A stretch of DNA of 64,000 bases, taken from contig JABWCA010000002.1 in NCBI GenBank assembly GCA_013359345.1, positions 740 through 64,739 of the forward strand, in the 5' to 3' direction. Position 1 is the stretch's first letter. Every line of letters starts with the position of its first letter. The translations under genes were made by a program, and so were the position numbers. The stretch comes from Ignavibacteriaceae bacterium (lineage in GTDB: Bacteria; Bacteroidota; Ignavibacteria; Ignavibacteriales; Ignavibacteriaceae). The notes under the pieces were generated by a model. It was not told where the DNA came from, ran no database searches, and saw only the letters and a list, made by a program, of their open reading frames with translations. Positions 1-8,858 of this stretch are shown piece by piece.

Positions 1-527
1 GAGGCCATCTCACCAAATGCAATACCGATTCTCCCGGCACCTATAATCCCGGCGGTTTTACCTTTGAGGCCTGTGCCAAGCATTAATGAAGGCATCCAGC
101 CCGTGAATTTTCCGGCTCTCATGAACTTGTCGCCCTCTGCTATTCTCCTGGCACATGCAAGCATCAGAGCAAGGGCTGTTTCGGCGGTGGCTTCTGTCAG
201 AATACCCGGGGTGTTTGTTACCACAATGTTTTTTGAGTAAGCATAATCAACATCTATGTTGTTGTAACCCACAGCGTAATTAGCTATTATCCGGCAGTTT
301 TTAAGGGAATCTATCACCTCACGGTCTATTTTATCGGCAAGAAGGGTTATAATTCCGTCACACTCGCGGGCGTTTGATATAATCTCTTCCTTTATGAGAA
401 GGCGTTCTTCTGTATTGAAGCTGAGATTATATCCGGCAGATTTAAAGATCTCTTCAAAGCTGCCGTGAAGGCGGGCAGTTGAATATATATTTTTACTCAA
501 TTTAAAACTCTTTATCTTATCTGACAT
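1..527 (-). CDS. D-isomer-specific 2-hydroxyacid dehydrogenase (glyoxylate/hydroxypyruvate reductase-like); N-terminal part only, C-terminus outside window
   Basis: Not in ORF track because it runs off the window edge. Hand translation of the minus strand from ATG at 527-525 gives MSDKIKSFKLSKNIYSTARLHGSFEEIFKSAGYNLSFNTEERLLIKEEIISNARE...LKGKTAGIIGAGRIGIAFGEMA. The GxGxxG NAD-binding loop sits at the window edge. Confidence 0.8.
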   Translation of the reverse strand, partial: MSDKIKSFKLSKNIYSTARLHGSFEEIFKSAGYNLSFNTEERLLIKEEIISNARECDGIITLLADKIDREVIDSLKNCRIIANYAVGYNNIDVDYAYSKNIVVTNTPGILTEATAETALALMLACARRIAEGDKFMRAGKFTGWMPSLMLGTGLKGKTAGIIGAGRIGIAFGEMA

Positions 528-569
528 CTAATTGAAAATATTAACAAAGTAAATATAGGAATCAAGTAA

Positions 570-1070
570 ATGAGAATTTACCGCGTGCTTATACTGAGCC
601 TGATTTTATTACCCCTGTTTGCTGCCCGGGCTCAGCAGGTTTCAATTGAAACTCCCGATGCAAAAGTTCTTTCGGTCACCGGCGGGGAAGTATCCCTTTC
701 GGATTTTAAAGATAAGATAACGCTTTATGATTTCTGGGCAACCTGGTGTCCCCCGTGCCGTGAATCAATACCCCATCTCGTTTCACTGCATCAGGAATAT
801 AAAGATAAAATCAATATTGTTGGCATCTCACTTGACAGCGAGGATACCGCAGGACAGATTCCCGGATTTATAAAAAGATACAATATGGAGTATCATCAGC
901 TTCTGGGAGATTTTAAACTTACCGAGAAGTTCGGGGGCGTGAAGGCAATTCCCACCATGTTTATTGCTGATAAAACCGGAAAGATTATTTACAAGCACGT
1001 TGGTTTTTCAAACAAGGAGGATCTGCTTAAACTTCTGAGGAAACTTTTTCCGGATGAGTTTGAGGGATAA
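570..1070 (+). CDS. Secreted thioredoxin-fold thiol:disulfide oxidoreductase (TlpA/ResA-like)
   Basis: 166-aa ORF with an N-terminal signal peptide (LILLPLFAARAQQ), a WCPPC active-site motif and a redoxin-like length. Confidence 0.8.
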   Translation: MRIYRVLILSLILLPLFAARAQQVSIETPDAKVLSVTGGEVSLSDFKDKITLYDFWATWCPPCRESIPHLVSLHQEYKDKINIVGISLDSEDTAGQIPGFIKRYNMEYHQLLGDFKLTEKFGGVKAIPTMFIADKTGKIIYKHVGFSNKEDLLKLLRKLFPDEFEG

Positions 1071-1072
1071 AA

Positions 1073-1642
1073 TCAGGTAAGCGTGGTTCTTTTCAGGCTG
1101 AAAATGTTTCTTCCGTCCTGATTTGAAACAAAAGAGACATCGGAACACAGGTTTGTGATTATCAGCAGACCAAAGTGTTCCGGTATCTCATAATCTTTTT
1201 CGGGGGCTCTTTTTCTTTTCACAAATTCAAGACTCTTCTCATCTTTTACCCTGCATGCCACTTCATAATCCATATCAGAGTGAACCATGAACTCGGTTCC
1301 GTGAATTTTTTTCGGATACGGAGGCAGATATTGCGTTTTGTTCGCCTTGTTTTTAAGGTCAACCGGCTTTACAATAAACCCCGGCCCGTGAGTTATCATC
1401 TGGATATCAATGTAAGAATCTTCGAAAGAAAAATTAAAAGTGACAGAATCACTGCCTGAATGGTTAATGGCATTTGTGTAAAGTTCGTGAATAAGTATTT
1501 TGGAGTCTGAAATATACTTAAAGCCGCTCTCACGGTCACGAAGCAAGACTTTTGATTTTATTAACTGAATGAATGCTTCAGTAATAAACTGGAGATAAGA
1601 GTGGGATGCAGGCAGTGTCACTGTCACAAAGTCGCTGTTCAT
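1073..1642 (-). CDS. Anti-sigma regulatory factor / Ser-Thr kinase of the RsbW-SpoIIAB type (HATPase_c fold)
   Basis: The ORF track gives 1073..1729. The internal ATG at 1642 (MNSDFVTV..) starts 4 nt after the STAS gene stop, which removes an 83-nt overlap. N-box-like HELYTNAINHSG, G-box-like THGPGF and GLLIITNL are present. It lies immediately downstream of a STAS gene. Confidence 0.6.
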   Translation of the reverse strand: MNSDFVTVTLPASHSYLQFITEAFIQLIKSKVLLRDRESGFKYISDSKILIHELYTNAINHSGSDSVTFNFSFEDSYIDIQMITHGPGFIVKPVDLKNKANKTQYLPPYPKKIHGTEFMVHSDMDYEVACRVKDEKSLEFVKRKRAPEKDYEIPEHFGLLIITNLCSDVSFVSNQDGRNIFSLKRTTLT

Positions 1643-1646
1643 ATTT

Positions 1647-1985
1647 TCAGCCGGCCGCCAGTGCTTCACTCTTGTCTTTAAATATCTTGAAAATGTTATA
1701 AAGTCTGGTGGACTCAAAAACAGATTCAACCATGGGGTGAAGCCCGAAAACCCTGAGTTCTCCGTTTATCTGTTTTGTTTCTTTATACAATCCTACCATT
1801 GACCCGATAAAGGAACTGTCTATATAGTCAACAACCGAAAAATCAACCAGAAGAAGTTTTGGCTGCTCTTTATCAAGTAATTCCTTAACGGACTCACGGA
1901 ATTCGGACGATATAACCGCCGTTGCTTTGGAATTCAGTATCTTTATTATCTGAATGCCGTTTTCTTTATGTATTTTGAAGTTCAT
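1647..1985 (-). CDS. STAS-domain anti-sigma-factor antagonist (SpoIIAA/RsbV-like)
   Basis: 112 aa. It shows the typical STAS pattern ..LLVDFSVVDYIDSSFIGSMVGL.., with the conserved phosphorylatable Ser in DSS. Confidence 0.8.
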   Translation of the reverse strand: MNFKIHKENGIQIIKILNSKATAVISSEFRESVKELLDKEQPKLLLVDFSVVDYIDSSFIGSMVGLYKETKQINGELRVFGLHPMVESVFESTRLYNIFKIFKDKSEALAAG

Positions 1986-2089
1986 ATAGCTCTTGTTTGT
2001 TTTGTCACTCGATGATAAGGTGCAAATTAATTAATTTAGCCGTAAAGAAAAAAGATAATTCAGCACTAAAATTTTTAATTTCCAAATAT

Positions 2090-3241
2090 ATGTTAATAAG
2101 AAATAAGACAATTATTGTTGCCGACGAAAACATTGAGATGCTTCATGAGGCTTTTTCCGGTTTTGGTGAGATTATTGCAATGCCGGGAAGAGAGATCACC
2201 CCCGAAATAATCAGAGATGCTGATGTTCTTCTGATAAGATCGGTCACAAAAGCCGACGCCGCACTTCTAGAGGGGAGCAGCGTAAAGTTTATTGGCACGG
2301 CAACCATAGGCACAGATCACGTTGATACTGAGTATCTCGCAAAAAAAGGAATTGTTTTCACGGATGCCAAAGGGTGCAATGCCGATGCTGTTGCGCAGTA
2401 TTTCATTACACTCTACTCAAAATATATAGTCGAAAATGACAGACCCTCAGACCTCATTACCGGAATTATAGGTGCCGGCAATATCGGCAGCAGAATAAAA
2501 AATTTTCTTGAGGTTTTTGACAAAAAGTATATTCTTAATGATCCGCCCCTTATGGAAGCGGGAACAACTGATTTTAAGTTCAGTTCACTTAAGGATGCCC
2601 TCTCAGCTGATATAGTTACATTTCACACACCGCTGGTCACCTCAGGCGCGCATCCCACGCTCCGTCTCCTGAATGAACACAATATAAAGTACCTGAAAAC
2701 CGGTTCATACATCATCAACAGCTCACGCGGCGAGGTTGCTGAAAACAAGGCGCTGCTTGATGCCATTACCATTTTTGATTCAGTGATTTCTGCTGATGTA
2801 TGGGAGGGTGAACCTGATATTAATATACCGCTGCTGGGAAAAAGCTTTACTGCAACCCCCCATGTGGCGGGTTATTCGCTTGAAGGAAAAATTAACGGAA
2901 CCCGGATTCTTCATGAGAAGCTCGCACGTTTCCTCAAAACCGATCCATATTTTACCCCGAGACTCCCGAAAGTTGAAAATCATCTTATCGAAATAAATTC
3001 AACGCTCCCCACTGAGGAGATTCTTTACAGGATAACCAGGCATATCTATGATATTGATGCCGATACGGCAAAAATGAAAAAACTGAAGTTTCTTGCAAAA
3101 GAAAAAAGGGCGGGTTATTTTGATGATCTCAGAAAAAATTACAGCCTGCGGCGGGAGTTTTCAAATTACAATATCAAACTGACCCCGTACAACAGTTCTC
3201 TTACCGACCGGCTGAGGGCTCTCGGGTTTAAGGTATACTGA
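2090..3241 (+). CDS. pdxB: 4-phosphoerythronate dehydrogenase PdxB
   Basis: IIVADENIEMLHEAFSGFGEIIAMPGREITPE..LLIRSVTKADAALLEGSSVKFIGTATIGTDHVD matches the characteristic PdxB N-terminus. A GAGNIGS NAD loop and a C-terminal dimerisation extension are present. The start was moved from the TTG at 1997 to the ATG at 2090. Confidence 0.85.
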   Translation: MLIRNKTIIVADENIEMLHEAFSGFGEIIAMPGREITPEIIRDADVLLIRSVTKADAALLEGSSVKFIGTATIGTDHVDTEYLAKKGIVFTDAKGCNADAVAQYFITLYSKYIVENDRPSDLITGIIGAGNIGSRIKNFLEVFDKKYILNDPPLMEAGTTDFKFSSLKDALSADIVTFHTPLVTSGAHPTLRLLNEHNIKYLKTGSYIINSSRGEVAENKALLDAITIFDSVISADVWEGEPDINIPLLGKSFTATPHVAGYSLEGKINGTRILHEKLARFLKTDPYFTPRLPKVENHLIEINSTLPTEEILYRITRHIYDIDADTAKMKKLKFLAKEKRAGYFDDLRKNYSLRREFSNYNIKLTPYNSSLTDRLRALGFKVY

Positions 3242-4061
3242 AAACCACATCAAAGACGAGCTGAGAGTTTACCGGCACTCCCGCAAGTATCGCAGGGGTG
3301 AATCTGGTATATTTTACCGTCATGAGTGCTATTTCATCACACCCGTAGCCAATTCCCTCTATAAGCTCAGTGTTTGTGACAATTCCTTTTTTATCCACAA
3401 AAACCTTAATCTTTACAGTTCCCTGTATATCTTCATCGAGCGCATTTTTTGGGTAAACAATTCTTGAATAAAACTCCTCCATGCCATCTCTCGGCACGGC
3501 CGCGCTGTCAACAGTGGTGTAATATGCGGGATCATCTTCAAGCGGAACCTGTTTCTTCGTCACAACAGGCGGAACGGGCTTTGTGTCATGCACTGGGTTC
3601 CAGCTGTCGGGCTTTTCCTCGGCGGGCTTTGTATCCTCAATTTTTTTGGTTATATCGGTGATCCCAGGGTCAGATTTCTGATTAAACACATCCTCGAGTG
3701 CATTTTTATAAACCTGTGCGCCATCCTGGAAAATGACAGATTCTATATATACTCCTGCGGTGTCAAAGTAATCGGTGGGTCCGTTTCTTCTGCCGTTTTC
3801 AATCACAAACATTTCGGTGAGTTTGCCTGCTTCACTGTAAATTCTCACCGCACCCTCAATTCTTCCGGCATAATAGGTAACTTCTTTTTTAAGGGTTCCG
3901 CCGGGGTAATAAAATTGTGCAAGACCCTCTCTGAGGTCGTTATAATATGGTATTGCAGATTCTATCTGACCGTTATCAAAATATGTTTTAATCGTGTCAG
4001 TGTATGAAAATGCCTGAGCGGCAAGCACTGCAAAAAGAAGTATCGTTTTTATGCGTATCAT
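3228..4061 (-). CDS. TonB C-terminal-domain protein with N-terminal MORN/YwqK-like repeats
   Basis: It has a signal peptide, YwqK-type repeats (..GLAQFYYPGGTLKKEVTYYAGRIEG..) and a Pro-rich linker. The C-terminus YPKNALDEDIQGTVKIKVFVDKKG..FTPAILAGVPV is typical of TonB_C. Confidence 0.65.
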   Translation of the reverse strand: MIRIKTILLFAVLAAQAFSYTDTIKTYFDNGQIESAIPYYNDLREGLAQFYYPGGTLKKEVTYYAGRIEGAVRIYSEAGKLTEMFVIENGRRNGPTDYFDTAGVYIESVIFQDGAQVYKNALEDVFNQKSDPGITDITKKIEDTKPAEEKPDSWNPVHDTKPVPPVVTKKQVPLEDDPAYYTTVDSAAVPRDGMEEFYSRIVYPKNALDEDIQGTVKIKVFVDKKGIVTNTELIEGIGYGCDEIALMTVKYTRFTPAILAGVPVNSQLVFDVVFSIP

Positions 4062-4073
4062 CCGTAAAATTTA

Positions 4074-4973
4074 TTAGCCGTATCGTTTGGGTCGTCTGTT
4101 AGGGGCCTTTTTACATTCATCTGAGCAGCTGTAATCATATTTCACTTTGCATTCATGGCAGCAGACTATAATTTTATCACAATCAAGGTTATGGCAATTG
4201 ATGTGATAAGCTGTGGGAGTGCCGCAGTGAATGCATTTAGCGGTGTATCTCAGGTCTTCACGGGTATTTGCTTCAACAACTCTTCTTTCATCAAAAACAA
4301 ACATTCCGCCTTCCCAGACGGTATCGGGACACTCCTTAAGAAATGTCACTATTCCGCCGTCAAGCTGATATACATCCCTGAAACCCTGCTCAACCATATA
4401 AGCAGATGCTTTTTCGCATCTGATTCCGCCCGTACAATATGTTATGACTGTTTTATCTTTATATTGTTCCAGATTTTTAACAACCTCAGGCCATTCCCTG
4501 AAATTTGTAATTTCGGGAAGCAGAGCATTTTTAAAATGACCTATCCTGCTTTCATAGTTGTTTCTGGTATCAACTATGATAAAATCACGCCCCTCCGAAT
4601 AAAAACCGACCAGATCTTTTGGCTTGAGTCTTTTGCCTCCGTTTTTCGGAGTAAGCCCGGGAACGCCAAGATTGACAAGCTCATTTTTTATTCTTACAAA
4701 CAATTTGCTGTATGCAACAAAACCGGTGGTGTCTTCCTTAAAAATCACATCCCTGAAAAAGATTATTGATCTGATGTAATTTTTAAAATTATCAACCGCT
4801 TCTGCGGAACCTGATACCGATGCATTTATACCTTCGGATGCAACATAAATTTTACCTTTAAGTCCGTAAGAACCGCAGTAATTAAGGAGTTCTGACTGAA
4901 GCAGCAGGGTATCGTCTATATCGACGTATTTATAAAACGTCACTAATTTGTATTGTACGGAGTCCTGATTCAT
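4074..4973 (-). CDS. trhO: tRNA uridine(34) hydroxylase TrhO (rhodanese-domain UPF0176/YceA family)
   Basis: N-terminus FYKYVDI..LKGKIYVASEGINASVSG, rhodanese active-site loop CTGGIRCEKA and a C-terminal Cys-rich tail. Confidence 0.85.
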   Translation of the reverse strand: MNQDSVQYKLVTFYKYVDIDDTLLLQSELLNYCGSYGLKGKIYVASEGINASVSGSAEAVDNFKNYIRSIIFFRDVIFKEDTTGFVAYSKLFVRIKNELVNLGVPGLTPKNGGKRLKPKDLVGFYSEGRDFIIVDTRNNYESRIGHFKNALLPEITNFREWPEVVKNLEQYKDKTVITYCTGGIRCEKASAYMVEQGFRDVYQLDGGIVTFLKECPDTVWEGGMFVFDERRVVEANTREDLRYTAKCIHCGTPTAYHINCHNLDCDKIIVCCHECKVKYDYSCSDECKKAPNRRPKRYG

Positions 4974-5052
4974 TGAAGTTTAAGGGGGTTTTCAGAATTG
5001 AAATTAAAAGAGTTATGGTTCCCCGCACAAAAAGTGCGGGGCACTCATAAAC

Positions 5053-5178
5053 TTATTTTGTCTCAGCAGCTTTCTGCTGTTTTTTTAACCCTCTTTTTTT
5101 CTGCATAGAGGGGCGGCTGTTGCCGTTTGAGGCTCTGAAAATTTTACCGCGTTTTGTTCTGCGATCACCTTTGCCCAT
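5053..5178 (-). CDS. 30S ribosomal protein THX (bTHX)
   Basis: It is below the ORF-track size cut-off. Hand translation gives MGKGDRRTKRGKIFRASNGNSRPSMQKKRGLKKQQKAAETK. The MGKGDRRT+RGKI motif is the signature of Thermus/Bacteroidota THX. A GC-rich hairpin lies downstream (5021-5041) and a TAacTTTG motif lies upstream (5215-5208, minus strand). Confidence 0.8.
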   Translation of the reverse strand: MGKGDRRTKRGKIFRASNGNSRPSMQKKRGLKKQQKAAETK

Positions 5179-5269
5179 GGTTTACCTTTCTCTTTAAAAA
5201 ATGACTCCAAAGTTACGATTTTATAAGAACTTATTCAAGATCTTATAACAATATTTTATTAAAACAGAT

Positions 5270-6631
5270 TCATGAATTCATTGCAATGTACAATGAAGTG
5301 TCAAATTTTCTTTTGCAGCCGTTGTAATTCATATATCTTATTTTTCCGTACACCGGCCTTTCGGTCCAGGCTCTGTCGTGTATTCCCCCGATTGACCACG
5401 CCACTCCCGTGTATCCGTTGGGATCACGTCCGTCAAGCTCGTATTTGTCATTCAGATAAACAGCAATTCTCAGGGCCTCTTCAGGACTTTCGCTCCATTC
5501 AAGTATCTTTTTAGCCCAGTACATTCTCATGAAGCCGTGCATTTTACCTTTTTTAATCATTTCTTTTTGAGCGGCGTTCCAGAGGTCTTCGTGGGTTTCT
5601 CCCTTCTCAAACTGCGCTTCATTATAGATATAATCCCGCTTATCATCACGGTGATCATTCAGAGTCTTTTTAGCCCAGTCTTTAAATCCGTCAAAAAGGT
5701 CATATTTTTTATTAAAGTAGCAGTAATTATCAGCCAGCTCTCTTCTTACAATAAGTTCCTCCAGAAAAGCCTGCTTTGATTCTGATTCGGGAGCGCGGGT
5801 GAATGCCTCCCACGCTGCCCGCTGGGGTGATAACTGCCCGAAGTGAAAATAGGGTGAAAGATCTGACTGCCCCTTAAGCGTGGGGTCATTTCTCTCCTCT
5901 GAGTATCCTCTGAGTTTTTTTGAAATAAAAAGCTCGAGATTATTTTTCCCCTCTGCGCTTCCCGGTTTAAGCCATTTTACAGGCTTAACTTCTTTATCTG
6001 TATTGAGTGATGCAAGTATCTCTGTATAGTTATTGGCCTGTTTAATTCCGTGATTATTCAAAGCATAAGGCTCGGGTGCCGGTATATCAGTGAGGAACTC
6101 CCCCAGCTTTCTTGTTATTTTGGGCCTTATTGTGTACGCTCCGAACTCCTCCTTGTCGGTGACATGGAGAGCGGGGACCACATTGTGTGAATCAACTTCC
6201 CAGAATCGCGCTTTGGTATCCCTTGCAAAATCCCTTTTCCAGACCCTTTTTATCTTAAGCGGATCAAAATCTGAAACAACATCAGCCGCACCGGTTTCCC
6301 TGACAAACTCAGCCATTTCCTGCGGCGGATTTCCTTTCAGAACCACAAAAGGTATGTTCAGGGCTTCAAGATTTTTTTCGGTTTCTGCAAGCCCGCCGAA
6401 CATAAAATCATACTGTCTTAATGTTGCCCCGAGGAAATCACCGGCAAGGGTGAAAACCGCAATGAGAGGTTTCTGATTCTGCAGCGCAAGATTAAGTGAA
6501 AAAAGAAGGCCCCAGTTATCTTCGGCGCGTTGTTCACGGCTCATCCAGTATATTACGGGACCTGCAGCGGAACCGCTGCCATCCTGCAGGAGTCTGTATC
6601 GTGCCGGGTTTATTGTGTATTTTTCTGACAT
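5270..6631 (-). CDS. phr: Deoxyribodipyrimidine photolyase, class II CPD type
   Basis: 453 aa. N-terminus ..GPVIYWMSREQRAEDNWGLLF.. and C-terminal FAD-binding region ..MHGFMRMYWAKKILEW...DGRDPNGYTGVAWSIGG.. are typical of class II photolyases. Confidence 0.85.
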   Translation of the reverse strand: MSEKYTINPARYRLLQDGSGSAAGPVIYWMSREQRAEDNWGLLFSLNLALQNQKPLIAVFTLAGDFLGATLRQYDFMFGGLAETEKNLEALNIPFVVLKGNPPQEMAEFVRETGAADVVSDFDPLKIKRVWKRDFARDTKARFWEVDSHNVVPALHVTDKEEFGAYTIRPKITRKLGEFLTDIPAPEPYALNNHGIKQANNYTEILASLNTDKEVKPVKWLKPGSAEGKNNLELFISKKLRGYSEERNDPTLKGQSDLSPYFHFGQLSPQRAAWEAFTRAPESESKQAFLEELIVRRELADNYCYFNKKYDLFDGFKDWAKKTLNDHRDDKRDYIYNEAQFEKGETHEDLWNAAQKEMIKKGKMHGFMRMYWAKKILEWSESPEEALRIAVYLNDKYELDGRDPNGYTGVAWSIGGIHDRAWTERPVYGKIRYMNYNGCKRKFDTSLYIAMNS

Positions 6632-6825
6632 ATTGATGATCCGTTATAAAAATTCAAAGGCAAAATAATAAAACTGCAGCGCAATAATTCAGAACAAAGG
6701 GTTAAAATCAGATTTTTTTTTCGTAAATTTTGCTCCCCAAAAAATTAATGTCAGGTTCAGATAATTTAATTTGACTCAATAATAACCTCTTCTTAACTTT
6801 GACATAAGAACACGGGTGTAAAATT

Positions 6826-7058
6826 TGTGGATAACTTGTGGATATTTTCCCCGCGTGAAAATGTTTCACGATACAGAAGCAGGAATAAACGTCGTTATTT
6901 GCGATTAAACCCTGCCACATATAAGTTTATAATTCATAACTCATTATATTATAATAAGTTAAACCCTCTTAATTAATTAACATTTTTTTAACACATATAA
7001 TAAAGTTCTGAATATTCTGATTTTAATAATTTAATTAAACAGTTCAGGTTGTGGATAA
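6826..7058. other. oriC candidate, upstream half: DnaA boxes plus AT-rich tract
   Basis: TGTGGATAA at 6826-6834 and 7050-7058 is the exact complement of TTATCCACA. TGTGGATAT at 6837-6845 has 1 mismatch. A very AT-rich stretch at about 6921-7046 carries reiterated ATAATAA(A)GTT / TTAATTAA elements. Confidence 0.7.
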
Positions 7059-7061
7059 CTT

Positions 7062-8465
7062 ATGACACATGAGTCTCTTTTTACACAGGAGAACATACAT
7101 AAAGCAGCAGTTGCATGGAAAGAATGTCTTTCCATAATTAAGCCGGAGGTTCCCGAAGGAACGTTTAACTCCTGGTTCAGACCCATTAAAGCTATTGATG
7201 TAAATGACTTAACCCTCAAGATACAGGTGCCCAACAGTTTTTTCTGGGAGTGGATTGAAGGCAGGTACAGCAAACTCCTTCATAAGGCTGTAAAAAATGT
7301 GCTTGGTCACGAAGCGAGGCTTGATTACGTTATTCTTGAGGAAAAGGATTCACCGGCTCCTTATGTTGAATCTGCCCCCAAAAGCAGCAGAATCACGATT
7401 TCAGAGGAGCCTTCAAAAGCCAGCGATTATTCTGAGAGCAACCTTAAACCTAACTATACGTTTGAAAACTTTATCAAGGGCGAGGGCAATCAGCTGGCAA
7501 CTGCCGCAGCTATGGCCATCAGTGAAAATCCGGGGGGCACTCCTTTTAATCCCCTTTTTGTTTACGGCGGCGTTGGTCTTGGGAAAACACACCTGATCCA
7601 GGCTGCGGGAAACTCAATCTACGGAAACTTTCCCGAAAAAAAGATTAAATATATCTCAACCGAGCAGTTCACGATTGATTTTGTTGATGCTATCAAAAAG
7701 AATATGCATAATGAGTTTTCAAATGTGTACAAGAATTATGACGTCCTGATTCTTGATGACATTCAGCACCTTATCGGGAAAGAAAAAACACAGGATCTCT
7801 TTTTCCACATATTCAATATTTTTCATCAGAACAAAAAACAGATCATCATTTCAAGCGACAAACCGCCGAAGGACCTTAAAGGTCTGAACGACCGGCTTAT
7901 TTCGAGGTTTAACTGGGGACTCACTGTTGATATTCAGCCCCCCGATCTTGAAACAAGAATAGCCATACTCAGCAAAAAAGCCGAATCGTTCGGGATCATG
8001 CTCTCAAATGACATGGTTGAGTATATAGCAAACCATATCACATCAAATATCCGTGAGCTTGAGGGCTGTCTTATAAAGATTCTGGCGAATGTCTCTCTTA
8101 AATCAGCCGATATCAGCCTTGAACAGGTAAAAAGAGCCGTCAAGGAGGTCTCAACAGCAAAAAGAGTTAACATCTCCATTGATGTCATAACCAGAACGGT
8201 GGCCGAGTTTTTCACAATTGACGAAAAGAAAATTCGGGATAAGACCAGACGGCAGGAAATTGTTCATGCGCGGCAGGTGGCCATGTATCTTTCAAGAACC
8301 ATGACAAAATCAGGCCTGAAAAACATCGGCCTGCACTTTGGGGGCAGAGATCACTCAACCGTTATTCATGCGTGCGAGTCGGTTGAAAAGATGCTTACCG
8401 ATGATCCTTCATTCAAAGACACCCTCAATGACCTTAAAATAAAGATAGAACTGGCCTGTTCATAA
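7062..8465 (+). CDS. dnaA: Chromosomal replication initiator DnaA
   Basis: 467 aa. Walker A GGVGLGKTHL, AAA+ domain III and C-terminal DNA-binding domain (..EIVHARQVAMYLSRTMT..SLKNIGLHFGGRDHSTVIHA..). Confidence 0.98.
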   Translation: MTHESLFTQENIHKAAVAWKECLSIIKPEVPEGTFNSWFRPIKAIDVNDLTLKIQVPNSFFWEWIEGRYSKLLHKAVKNVLGHEARLDYVILEEKDSPAPYVESAPKSSRITISEEPSKASDYSESNLKPNYTFENFIKGEGNQLATAAAMAISENPGGTPFNPLFVYGGVGLGKTHLIQAAGNSIYGNFPEKKIKYISTEQFTIDFVDAIKKNMHNEFSNVYKNYDVLILDDIQHLIGKEKTQDLFFHIFNIFHQNKKQIIISSDKPPKDLKGLNDRLISRFNWGLTVDIQPPDLETRIAILSKKAESFGIMLSNDMVEYIANHITSNIRELEGCLIKILANVSLKSADISLEQVKRAVKEVSTAKRVNISIDVITRTVAEFFTIDEKKIRDKTRRQEIVHARQVAMYLSRTMTKSGLKNIGLHFGGRDHSTVIHACESVEKMLTDDPSFKDTLNDLKIKIELACS

Positions 8466-8467
8466 AA

Positions 8468-8709
8468 TGTTGATAACTTAAAAAACAGGTGTTGGTAAAG
8501 TTGTGGATAACTTAACACTTATCCACAATGTGAATAAACTGATTTTCTGAGCCGGGTTTTCCACCCGGCTTTTTTGTTTTTTGCACCCGTAAAGCCATGC
8601 GTTTCTGTGGTTTGCGGGATTATCAACATATCCACACGCTACCAACATAATAATATTTTAAATTTTTTAAAAGAATATTAATAGATAATATGAGAGGAAG
8701 TGTGGATAA
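8468..8709. other. oriC candidate, dnaA-dnaN half: DnaA-box cluster plus AT-rich tract
   Basis: Perfect boxes: 8502-8510 TGTGGATAA, 8519-8527 TTATCCACA, 8701-8709 TGTGGATAA. One-mismatch boxes: 8468-8476 TGTTGATAA, 8620-8628 TTATCAACA, 8628-8636 ATATCCACA. An AT-rich tract lies at 8641-8695. Confidence 0.75.
8551..8580 (+). terminator. Intrinsic terminator after dnaA
   Basis: Hairpin GCCGGGT-tttcc-ACCCGGC followed by TTTTTTGTTTT. Confidence 0.7.
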
Positions 8710-8858
8710 CTCAGGGTTTTCAGTAAAGCTGTGTATTTACATCCGGTTATTATCCTTTTTAATGTGTGATATCAGAGAGTTAAGCTCATCTGTTTGCAAT
8801 CGGTTATTGAACATCTCTTAATTTTTTCGTAAATTACGCAATTGCATTCGGAGGAAAA

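Noticed and set aside
1997-2089. N-terminal 31-aa extension of PdxB from a TTG start
   Set aside because: The extension (MFCHSMIRCKLINLAVKKKDNSALKF..) is not PdxB-like and overlaps the divergent promoter region. The conserved PdxB N-terminus begins at the ATG at 2090.
4155-4769. 204-aa ORF antisense to trhO. The same applies to antisense ORFs at 18093-18617, 41048-41515, 52707-53195 and 43158-43478.
   Set aside because: All are embedded opposite high-confidence conserved genes and have no recognisable motifs. These are classic shadow ORFs.
6708-7273. 70-aa and 80-aa minus-strand ORFs in the region upstream of dnaA
   Set aside because: They lie across DnaA boxes, the AT-rich tract and the dnaA 5' end. 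They have no motifs and are better explained as non-coding origin/promoter DNA.
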